Shown piece after piece: positions 19,927-27,611 of a stretch of 64,000 nucleotides of DNA. Origin of the DNA: an uncultured Gemmatimonadota bacterium (GTDB lineage Bacteria > JAAXHH01). Position 1 is the stretch's first letter. Every line of letters starts with the position of its first letter. The stretch is from the NCBI GenBank assembly GCA_951812955.1, contig OX638340.1, forward strand, positions 384,001-448,000. Reading direction: 5' to 3'. The translations under genes were made by a program, and so were the position numbers. The notes under the pieces are model-generated. The model saw only the letters and a list, made by a program, of their open reading frames with translations, was not told where the DNA came from and made no database searches.

Positions 19927-20919
19927 TTGCGGTCACAACGACTGGTCAACACTGATTTCCGAAAGATAATACTGGAAGAGTATGAGATTCCTTCCGTGCC
20001 GGATGACAGTGTACTCGTACAAAACGAATATACTGCTGTCAGCGTAGGCACTGAAGTCTACAATTATATACATGGGTGTGAACCGGGCGGTGAGCCTCGA
20101 TTCCCCAGGAACACGGGCTATTGCAACGCAGGTGTAGCGCTGAAGGTTGGTAGGGACGTGCAGGGGATTGTACCGGGGGATCGTGTCGCCGGCCAGGGAA
20201 ACCACGCAAGTCATTCCATAATGTCGGGCTTGATCAGCAAGGTGCCGGCGAACGTATCGTCCAGGGCGGCGGCGTTCATGGTGATGTGTGCGACCTCATT
20301 GCATGGTCACCGCGTTGCCCGTCCCGAGCTGGGCGAGGCCGTCGTAGTGACCGGCATGGGCATCGTCGGTCAATTGGCTGCATCCTTTGCCCGGCTGAGC
20401 GGCGCTGTACCCGTCATTGGCGTGGATTTGGACGACTTTCGCCTTCAAAAAGCCCGTGAACGCGGGGTCGACGTGTGTATCAACCCGGAAAAGGAACCTG
20501 ATGTGGCTGAGGCGGTGCGCCGGTACTGTGCGGCAGACGGTGCTGACTTGGTCATCGAAGCGACCGGGGTACCCTCCGTGTATCCAATGGCACTGACCCT
20601 GCCGAGACTCGGCGGCCGTTTGCTCGCCCTCGGTTCGCCGCGCGGATCGGTGGAAGTGAGCTTTTTCGCCGAGGTCCATCTGCGCGAGGTCACGATCCTG
20701 GGCGCCCACCAGCCCAAAACACCTGATGAGGCTGACCTGTACTATCCCTGGAGCAAGCGAAGGGACCGCGACCTGGTCCTCCGGCTCATGGGTGAAGGAA
20801 AACTGCCGATCGAAGACCTGATTACTCACGAAGCAAATCCCGCCGATTGCCAGTCCGTTTACGACATGCTTGCGGATCGTCCCAGGGATGTGCTTGGGGT
20901 GGTGTTCAGGTGGGTGTGA
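19927..20919 (+). CDS. MDR-superfamily (Zn-ADH-like) oxidoreductase
   Basis: ILEEYEIPSVPDDSVLVQNEYTAVSVGTE catalytic-domain start. Rossmann GxGxxG (VTGMGIVGQLAA). Start uncertain: TTG 19927, or the track ATG 19765 within AT-rich sequence. Confidence 0.7.
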   Translation: MRSQRLVNTDFRKIILEEYEIPSVPDDSVLVQNEYTAVSVGTEVYNYIHGCEPGGEPRFPRNTGYCNAGVALKVGRDVQGIVPGDRVAGQGNHASHSIMSGLISKVPANVSSRAAAFMVMCATSLHGHRVARPELGEAVVVTGMGIVGQLAASFARLSGAVPVIGVDLDDFRLQKARERGVDVCINPEKEPDVAEAVRRYCAADGADLVIEATGVPSVYPMALTLPRLGGRLLALGSPRGSVEVSFFAEVHLREVTILGAHQPKTPDEADLYYPWSKRRDRDLVLRLMGEGKLPIEDLITHEANPADCQSVYDMLADRPRDVLGVVFRWV

Positions 20920-20937
20920 TCCCATACGATTTTCTCC

Positions 20938-20972
20938 TTGACTTGAACCCTGATTTTGCCGTTATGTTAACG
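20938..20972 (+). promoter_or_regulatory. Putative promoter (TTGACT...TTATGT) overlapped by the inverted repeat CCGTTA-N3-TAACGG
   Basis: TTGACT at 20938-20943. Inverted repeat at 20958-20972 covers the -10 candidate. Upstream of the moaD-like operon. Confidence 0.3.
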
Positions 20973-21065
20973 GTCGGGTTTCACCATTGTACCGGTGAAT
21001 CCCGGTATGCGTAACCATTTGCAAGACAAGCATTTACCAATTGTATGAAATCGAGAGGAAGTTCC

Positions 21066-21308
21066 ATGACCGTATCCATCAAGCTCTTTGCCACCCTGCG
21101 GAAATTCCTGCCCGAAAACGCGGTCAACAAAACCGCGACGCTTGAACTCGGAGACCAGGCCACGGCGAGCGATATCATCAAGCAATTGGACATCCCCGAT
21201 GGCCACATACACCTGATTCTGATCGACGGCAAGCACTCGGCTGAAGACACCCCCCTTACCGACGGCGCGGTGGTCAGCTTTTTTCCACCGATTGCCGGCG
21301 GGGCGTAG
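21066..21308 (+). CDS. MoaD/ThiS-family sulfur-carrier-like protein (C-terminus ...PPIAGG-A)
   Basis: 80 aa, beta-grasp pattern (SIKLFATLRKFLP...TLEL...ATASDII...HIHLILIDGKH). GG plus one extra Ala. RBS gaggaag. Confidence 0.7.
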   Translation: MTVSIKLFATLRKFLPENAVNKTATLELGDQATASDIIKQLDIPDGHIHLILIDGKHSAEDTPLTDGAVVSFFPPIAGGA

Positions 21309-21313
21309 GGTCG

Positions 21314-21607
21314 GTGTCCCACCATACCTTCTACGGATTCAAGCTGGAAGACGCCGTACGGGGACTGAAACGGGCGCTGCGGGACGAACAGATCCCCGTC
21401 GTATCGATCAGCGAGGATGAAAACAAGGTAGTCTTCGCAGTTCGGATCTCATCTGAAACAGGCAAAATCAGCCTGGTCGCCCATACCACCAATGCCCATC
21501 CCCTGGCCAGGCTCGGTGATATACCCGCGATCGAAGTCGCGGTCGACGATCATCTCCCCGATGTTAGGTCCGTGCTCACCATGGCATTTCTGAGAGGCGG
21601 AGGCTGA
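21314..21607 (+). CDS. Small PII-like (GlnB-superfamily-like) protein, unknown function
   Basis: 97 aa. FYGFKLEDAVRGLKRALRDEQIPVVSISE resembles the PII/DUF190 beta-alpha-beta start. 5-bp gaps to both neighbours. Confidence 0.35.
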   Translation: MSHHTFYGFKLEDAVRGLKRALRDEQIPVVSISEDENKVVFAVRISSETGKISLVAHTTNAHPLARLGDIPAIEVAVDDHLPDVRSVLTMAFLRGGG

Positions 21608-21611
21608 CAAT

Positions 21612-23153
21612 ATGCGCGTCCGATTCCAGGCTCCCCTGGGTTTTTCGGTTTTACTGTGCATTTCCCTTCTCCTGGCAATAACGCTTCCGTTATCGGCCCA
21701 GGTCTCCGGAAACGGCAATCCGGCGGGGCGGATCGCCGTGGCCACGTCCGTCCTGAATCAGCTTTCCGATCTCGACGCCGGATTCCTGATCCCCAAAACC
21801 TTCGAGAAGGTCAGCGAGGCTTACGAACGGTATACCGGTGTAGTCCGGGAAGGCGAATCGATCCGCGATATCGAGCGGGCCTATTCGGAATTCGACGCCG
21901 CCGTGATCCAGGCGCGGGAACGACTGACGCGCGTGAACGAGATGTTGATGGTACCGCTGGGAAAACGGGCTGCGGCGCGGCGGGCGAATGCACCCGCGAT
22001 GGTTCCGGATGCCTACGAGGCGGCCGAAAAACGCCTCGAACGGGCTATTTCCAGGCTGGAAGACGACCGGGTCTCCGACGCCTTCTCGCTGGGACAGGAA
22101 GCGGCCGGTCTCTACGATGACGCCAGGTCGTCGGTGATCGAGATGTCGCTCATCGGGACGGCCAGGATCGGACTGTCGGAAGCAGAGAAGAAGGACTGGG
22201 ACCGGCTCGCTCCGGCCTCATTCGAACAAGCCCGCCGGTTGATGGACGAAGTGACCGGCGCCCTGGACCGCGGAGAACTCCTTACCGCCGCGCTGCGTAA
22301 CAAGGCCCAGGCCGCCGATTACGCGGTAAGACGGGCGATCGGGCTCGCGGCGAGGATCGACTCGCTAAGGCGCGATCCCGGGAACTGGGAGCGCATGTTG
22401 TTGTCGCGGCAGGATCTCGCACGGCAGGCGGCCGACGTGGCGGGGATCGCCGCCGATTTTCTGGCGGATGAACCACAGGCGATTATAAAGGAAAGCCTGC
22501 GTACGCTTTCCGCGAAACAGGACTCGCTCGTCCTCCTGCTCCAGCGGGCCGATGCTAACGCCGCAGCATCCAGCGCGGAAGCCGATTCCCTGCGTCAGGC
22601 GATCGAGCAGCAGCAGATCCGCCTGTCGTCCATGGTGGAGGAGTTCCAGCTGGACCTTCAGCGAAGAAAGGAAGCGCTGGACCGGGAACGCCGCGAACTC
22701 AGGGAATACCTGTACGAAAAGACCCAGCTGGATGCGGCTGCGCAGGCCAGGGAGCGTTTTGCGGACAGCGAATCGATCGTGACGCGTGAGTCCGGCCGTC
22801 TCATCCTGCGGCTTATAGGGATTTCGTTCCGGGCTGGAAGAACGGAACTACCCGCGGACGCCCACGGACTGCTCGCGAGGCTCGGGGAATTTCTCGCGCT
22901 ATATCCCCAGACCCGTGTTGCCGTGGAGGGACATACCGATGCCACGGGAAAAGAAGACAAGAACATCGAACTTTCCAAAGCGCGCGCCGAAGCGGTCATG
23001 GGGTCTCTTGCGGACCAGTCCGGTGTCTCGACCGAACGCATGACGTCCTCGGGACTTGGCAGTGCTCAGCCCATCGCCAGCAACAATACGCGTAGTGGCA
23101 GGGAGCAGAACCGAAGGATCGACGTAGTGCTGACCTTCAGTAGAGATCCCTAA
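21612..23153 (+). CDS. OmpA-family protein with signal peptide and long coiled-coil N-region
   Basis: Signal peptide MRVRFQAPLGFSVLLCISLLLAITLPLSAQ. ~400 aa of heptad-rich sequence. C-terminal OmpA domain (FRAGRTELP...HTDATGKEDKNIELSKARAEAV...NRRIDVVL). Confidence 0.8.
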   Translation: MRVRFQAPLGFSVLLCISLLLAITLPLSAQVSGNGNPAGRIAVATSVLNQLSDLDAGFLIPKTFEKVSEAYERYTGVVREGESIRDIERAYSEFDAAVIQARERLTRVNEMLMVPLGKRAAARRANAPAMVPDAYEAAEKRLERAISRLEDDRVSDAFSLGQEAAGLYDDARSSVIEMSLIGTARIGLSEAEKKDWDRLAPASFEQARRLMDEVTGALDRGELLTAALRNKAQAADYAVRRAIGLAARIDSLRRDPGNWERMLLSRQDLARQAADVAGIAADFLADEPQAIIKESLRTLSAKQDSLVLLLQRADANAAASSAEADSLRQAIEQQQIRLSSMVEEFQLDLQRRKEALDRERRELREYLYEKTQLDAAAQARERFADSESIVTRESGRLILRLIGISFRAGRTELPADAHGLLARLGEFLALYPQTRVAVEGHTDATGKEDKNIELSKARAEAVMGSLADQSGVSTERMTSSGLGSAQPIASNNTRSGREQNRRIDVVLTFSRDP

Positions 23154-23177
23154 CACACCTGCGAGGAGAACGCGAAA

Positions 23178-23843
23178 TTGAGCAAAGAAACAGGCAACGA
23201 ACCCTTCGAAGAGATGAGAAGGCTGCTTTTCTCATCGGTAATCGCCGATGCGCTGGATGCCTGCGGATATCGTGACCAGATCCTGCGACACGACATCCGG
23301 CCCCTGTATCCCGATGCGGTCGTGGTGGGCCGGGCGCTGACCGTACTTTCGGTCGACGTATACGAGATTCCCGAAGAGCCCTACAAGCTCGAGTTGGAAG
23401 CCGTGGATGCCCTGAAGCCGGGCGATGTGCTCGTCGCGCAGACCAACGGTACGACGCGAAGCAGTCTCTGGGGCGAGCTGCTTTCAACGGCCGCGGAAGT
23501 CCGCGGTGCGCGTGGCGCCGTGATCGATGGCTTTACGCGGGATACACAGGCCATTTGCGCCATGGGGTTCCCGGTTTTCGTCCGCGGCATCGCGCCATAC
23601 GATTCGAAGGGACGAAGCGACGTGATCGCATACGATGTGCCCATTGAGTGCGGCGGCGTCAAGGTGTGTCCGGGAGATCTCGTCTTCGGAGATTACGACG
23701 GGGTTGTGGCGATTCCCCGGGCCGCCGAAGAGCAGGTATTGAAAGCGGCGTTCGAAAAGGCTGCCGGAGAAAAAGAAGTGAAGGAAGCGCTGGAAAACGG
23801 CATGTCCGCCACCGCTGCCTTTCAAAAATACGGCATTCTCTGA
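23178..23843 (+). CDS. RraA-family protein (RraA/HMG-CHA aldolase-like)
   Basis: 221 aa. RraA-fold signature VLVAQTNGTTRSSLWGELLSTAAEVRGARGAVIDGFTRD. Confidence 0.75.
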   Translation: MSKETGNEPFEEMRRLLFSSVIADALDACGYRDQILRHDIRPLYPDAVVVGRALTVLSVDVYEIPEEPYKLELEAVDALKPGDVLVAQTNGTTRSSLWGELLSTAAEVRGARGAVIDGFTRDTQAICAMGFPVFVRGIAPYDSKGRSDVIAYDVPIECGGVKVCPGDLVFGDYDGVVAIPRAAEEQVLKAAFEKAAGEKEVKEALENGMSATAAFQKYGIL

Positions 23844-24748
23844 TGAAACCCCTGGTCGAATGCGTGCCCAATTTCAGCGAAGGGCGCGATTCCGGGATTG
23901 TCGAGGCTATCGCAGCCAGTATTGCGGCCTCCGATGGGGTCCACCTTGCCGGTATGGAAATGGACGCGGACCACAACCGCTCCGTGATCACCTTCATGGG
24001 CTCGCCCGAGGACGCGGCGGCGGCCGCCTATGAAGCCTGCAAGACAGCACGTTCGTTGATCGACCTGAGGCGTCACCGGGGCGTTCATCCACGCATCGGC
24101 GCTACGGACGTCCTGCCATTTGTCCCCCTTTCCGCCTGTTCCCTTTCCGAATGTATATCCCTCGCGCGGATCGTTGGTCGGCGGATCGGACAAACCCTCG
24201 ATATCCCGGTGTTCTTCTACGGCGACGCATCCACGGATTCGCGGCGCGGTACGCTTCACGCGATCCGCCGGGGAGGTTTCGAACGGCTGGTCCGGGAGAT
24301 GGGAACGGATCCGGATCTCTCACCCGACGTGGGACCCGATGTGGTCCATGTTTCCGCCGGCGCCACGGCGGTAGGCGTCCGCGATATTCTTGTCGCCTTC
24401 AACGTAAACCTGGATACCGATGACGTGCACGCCGCCCAGGCGATCGCGCGGGAGATCCGGGAGAAGAACGACGGTCTGCCCGGCGTCCGGGCACTGGGAC
24501 TCTTGCTGCCTTTTAAGGGCCGCGCACAGGTATCCATGAACCTGACCGACTATCGCAAGACGGATATGGCCCAGGCTTTCCGCGTGGTCGCTCGCCTCGC
24601 GGAAGCCCGGGGCGTAGGCGTCCTTGAGAGCGAGCTGATCGGACTCGCGCCCCGCGCGGCCATGGGCGGCGCGGAACCGGATGAATTACGTATTCGGCCC
24701 CTCGAGCCGTCCCGGTATCTTGAATACCACACGAGCCAATTCGACTGA
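23843..24748 (+). CDS. Glutamate formimidoyltransferase-like (formiminotransferase domain) protein
   Basis: MKPLVECVPNFSEGR N-terminus is the FTCD formiminotransferase hallmark. TGATG overlap with the preceding gene. Confidence 0.75.
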   Translation: MKPLVECVPNFSEGRDSGIVEAIAASIAASDGVHLAGMEMDADHNRSVITFMGSPEDAAAAAYEACKTARSLIDLRRHRGVHPRIGATDVLPFVPLSACSLSECISLARIVGRRIGQTLDIPVFFYGDASTDSRRGTLHAIRRGGFERLVREMGTDPDLSPDVGPDVVHVSAGATAVGVRDILVAFNVNLDTDDVHAAQAIAREIREKNDGLPGVRALGLLLPFKGRAQVSMNLTDYRKTDMAQAFRVVARLAEARGVGVLESELIGLAPRAAMGGAEPDELRIRPLEPSRYLEYHTSQFD

Positions 24749-24791
24749 CGGCCTTCCTCATTCCAGGTACCTTGACGGCGTACCGACGTCT

Positions 24792-24842
24792 CTAAATTAC
24801 TTGACTACCTCCCTCCCCCTTCATATCATGTTGACTAAATTA
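24792..24842 (+). promoter_or_regulatory. Putative promoter (TTGACT-N17-TATCAT) flanked by two CTAAATTA elements (candidate Rrf2 operator)
   Basis: CTAAATTA at 24792-24799 and 24835-24842. TTGACT at 24801-24806. TATCAT at 24824-24829. The Rrf2 gene starts at 24875. Confidence 0.35.
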
Positions 24843-24874
24843 GTAAACTAACGCCTGATGGCGAGGGAGGACGC

Positions 24875-25315
24875 ATGCGGGTATCGGCCAAGGCGGAGTA
24901 TGCTTGCAGGGCCGTGCTGGAGTTGACAAGGTACCATGAGAAGGCGGAAGTCATCCATATCGGCGACATTGCCGTCCGCCAGTCCATACCGGAGAAGTAC
25001 CTCGTTCAGATCCTGCTGCAGTTGCAGCGCGCCGGGCTGGTCAAGAGCAAACGCGGGGCGACAGGCGGATATGCGCTCGCCCGCGCACCGGGAGAGATCT
25101 CGCTGGGTGATGTGATCCGGGCGATGGACGGCGCGCTGATCGCCGTCGAGAGCCTGTCCGACGATACGAATGTGTCCGATCAAATGAGCGGCCAGCATGT
25201 ATTGAAGAACGTCTGGATGGATGTGCAGGATAGACTCGGCGAAATCATGGACGGGATCACTTTCGATGAAATCTCGCGACAGGCGCAAAAAAGCCTTTCC
25301 ATGTACTACATATAA
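24875..25315 (+). CDS. Rrf2-family transcriptional regulator (CymR/IscR-like)
   Basis: 146 aa; wHTH AKAEYACRAVLELTR...GDIAVRQSIPEKYLVQILLQLQRAGLVKSKRGATGGYALAR. Confidence 0.85.
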   Translation: MRVSAKAEYACRAVLELTRYHEKAEVIHIGDIAVRQSIPEKYLVQILLQLQRAGLVKSKRGATGGYALARAPGEISLGDVIRAMDGALIAVESLSDDTNVSDQMSGQHVLKNVWMDVQDRLGEIMDGITFDEISRQAQKSLSMYYI

Positions 25316-25325
25316 GGGATAGAAC

Positions 25326-26273
25326 TTGGCGTCCGGAACTGGAATAATCGACAGCGCACTCGATCTGATCGGGCATACCCCGCTCATTCGCCTTGGACGA
25401 ATAAATGAAAGTCCAGGCGTCCAAGTACTCGGCAAGCTCGAATCGGAAAACCCGGGCGGCAGCGTGAAGGACCGCGTTGGCCTGAGCATGATCCTGGACG
25501 CCGAACGAAGAGGCCTGCTCAGCCCGGGCGGTACGATCGTGGAGCCTACGAGCGGAAACACCGGGCTCGGCCTGAGCATGGTGGCCGCGGTGAAGGGCTA
25601 CAAGGTCATACTTGTCATGCCGGACAACATGAGTTCGGAGCGGCGGGTATTGCTGACCTCCTACGGTGCTGAACTGGTCCTGACGCCGGGTATGCTCGGC
25701 ATGGCCGGCGCTGTGCAGAAGGCGGAGGAGATTCTTCGGGAACATCCCGGTTATTTCATGCCCCAGCAGTTCAAGAATCCCGCCAACGTGGAGATACACC
25801 GCAAGACCACCGCGGAGGAGATCTGGGAAGCGACCGGCGGGAAAATCGACGCCTTTGTGGCAGCCGTGGGCACGGGGGGTACGTTGACGGGCGTGGGACA
25901 GTTTCTGAAGGAAAAGGACGAACGAATCCGCGTCATCGCGGTGGAACCATCATTGTCCCCGGTGATATCGGGCAAGCCAGTGGAGAGCCTGGTGCATGCC
26001 ATCCAGGGGATCGGCGCCGGGTTCATACCGGACATCCTGGATACGTCGATTATCGATGAAGTGATACTGATCGACGACGAGGACGCGTACCAGTCGGCCC
26101 GCCGTCTGGGCATGGAGGAAGGGCTCCTGGTGGGCATTTCGGCCGGCGCCAACGTATGCGCCAGCCTGAAGGTGGCAGAGAATATGGGAGAAGGGACGAT
26201 CGTGACCATCCTGTGCGATACCGGCGAAAGATACCTGAGCATCCGGGAATACTTTGAAGGACAGGGAGATTAA
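25326..26273 (+). CDS. cysK: Cysteine synthase family (CysK/CysM-like) PLP-dependent sulfhydrylase
   Basis: PLP lysine motif NPGGSVKDR, TSGNTG loop, GTGGT glycine loop. Whether it is CysK or CysM is ambiguous. Confidence 0.85.
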   Translation: MASGTGIIDSALDLIGHTPLIRLGRINESPGVQVLGKLESENPGGSVKDRVGLSMILDAERRGLLSPGGTIVEPTSGNTGLGLSMVAAVKGYKVILVMPDNMSSERRVLLTSYGAELVLTPGMLGMAGAVQKAEEILREHPGYFMPQQFKNPANVEIHRKTTAEEIWEATGGKIDAFVAAVGTGGTLTGVGQFLKEKDERIRVIAVEPSLSPVISGKPVESLVHAIQGIGAGFIPDILDTSIIDEVILIDDEDAYQSARRLGMEEGLLVGISAGANVCASLKVAENMGEGTIVTILCDTGERYLSIREYFEGQGD

Positions 26274-26289
26274 CAGGAGGAACCGTTTG

Positions 26290-26661
26290 ATGTCCGTTAC
26301 CGTACGAATTCCAACCCCGCTGCGCAAGTTGACCGGCAACCAGTCCGTAATCGAAATCGACGGCGATACCGTCGAATCGCTGATCGGGAACATGGAAGCA
26401 TCCTACCCCGGAATCAAGGATCGCATCTGCGACGAGTCCGGGAAAGTGCGGCGGTTCATCAACATCTACATCAACGAAGAAGATATCCGGTTTCTGGATG
26501 GCACCGGTACCACGGTGAAAACAGGAGACCGGATCTCCATCGTCCCCGCCATCGCCGGCGGTCTGGGCGACCTGGGCGGTCCAGGTGGTCAAGGCGGTCC
26601 CGTCAGTTCCGCCAATCCTGACGGTCCCGTCTGTCCTGTCGGTTCGCGGGACATTGGCTGA
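26290..26661 (+). CDS. MoaD/ThiS/CysO-like sulfur-carrier protein with a 33-aa Gly/Pro-rich extension after the GG motif
   Basis: MSVTVRIPTPLRKLTG...IEIDGDTVESLIGNME...ISIVPAIAGG followed by LGDLGGPGGQGGPVSSANPDGPVCPVGSRDIG. RBS caggagga. 17 bp after cysK. Stop overlaps the ThrB start (TGATG). Confidence 0.75.
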   Translation: MSVTVRIPTPLRKLTGNQSVIEIDGDTVESLIGNMEASYPGIKDRICDESGKVRRFINIYINEEDIRFLDGTGTTVKTGDRISIVPAIAGGLGDLGGPGGQGGPVSSANPDGPVCPVGSRDIG

Positions 26662-27566
26662 TGTCCTCCGTGCGGGTGCGCGTACCCGCGACGACCGGCA
26701 ACCTGGGTTCCGGCTACGACTGCGCCGGCATGGCCCTCGGCCTGTATAACACCATCGAGTTCGCCGAAACGGAATCCGGACTGGACGTGACCATGGAGGG
26801 CGAAGGCGCCGACGCGGTACCGCTCGATGAAGGCAACCTGTGCATCGTCTCCGCACGGGCCGTCTTCGATGCCGCGGACTGGCGACCCCCCGGTCTCCTG
26901 GCACGCATGCGCCACGCGATTCCTGTGTCACGGGGCCTGGGCAGCAGCGGAGTCGCCATCGTGGCGGGCGCCGTTGCGGCCAATGAACTCGCGGGAAGGC
27001 CGCTGGACAAGTCCGAACTCCTACGCATCTGTTCCGAACTGGAAGGCCATCCGGACAACGTCGTACCTTCCCTGCTCGGTGGCCTCTCCGTGAGCGGCGA
27101 GCGGTCGGGAGCGATCGTATACCAGACCTTCAGGGTTCCCGACGACATCAAGGCCATCGTGGCCATTCCCGAATTTACGCTCGACACGAAGGTTGCCCGC
27201 GGCGTCCTGCCTGAATCCGTATCCATGGAGGACGCGGTCTACAATCTTTGTAGCGTGGGACTGCTCATCGGCGGCATGATTACGGGTAATTACGCCTTGC
27301 TCAGGGAGGGCATGGCCGATCGCCTGCACCAGCCCTACCGGCAGCACCTGGTTCCTGGCCTGGCGGAGGTCACCGGAGACGCCCTGGATGCCGGTGCCCA
27401 CGGCGCAGCCCTCAGCGGCGCCGGACCGACGGCCATCGCCCTGGCGACGGAAGATCACGAGGGGATCGGGCAAGCCATGGTCGAAGCCTTCGCCCGGCAC
27501 GGCGTTTCCGGACAGTTCCGGATCCTCCCGATAGACAACGACGGATGCCAGGTGCTGCAGGACTGA
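26661..27566 (+). CDS. thrB: Homoserine kinase-like GHMP kinase
   Basis: VPATTGNLGSGYDCAGMAL (ThrB motif 1) and PVSRGLGSSGVAIVAGAVAAN (GHMP motif 2). Confidence 0.8.
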   Translation: MSSVRVRVPATTGNLGSGYDCAGMALGLYNTIEFAETESGLDVTMEGEGADAVPLDEGNLCIVSARAVFDAADWRPPGLLARMRHAIPVSRGLGSSGVAIVAGAVAANELAGRPLDKSELLRICSELEGHPDNVVPSLLGGLSVSGERSGAIVYQTFRVPDDIKAIVAIPEFTLDTKVARGVLPESVSMEDAVYNLCSVGLLIGGMITGNYALLREGMADRLHQPYRQHLVPGLAEVTGDALDAGAHGAALSGAGPTAIALATEDHEGIGQAMVEAFARHGVSGQFRILPIDNDGCQVLQD

Positions 27567-27611
27567 ATCCGCGCGAACCAGGCACACAACAACCTTACAG
27601 GTACCAACGTC

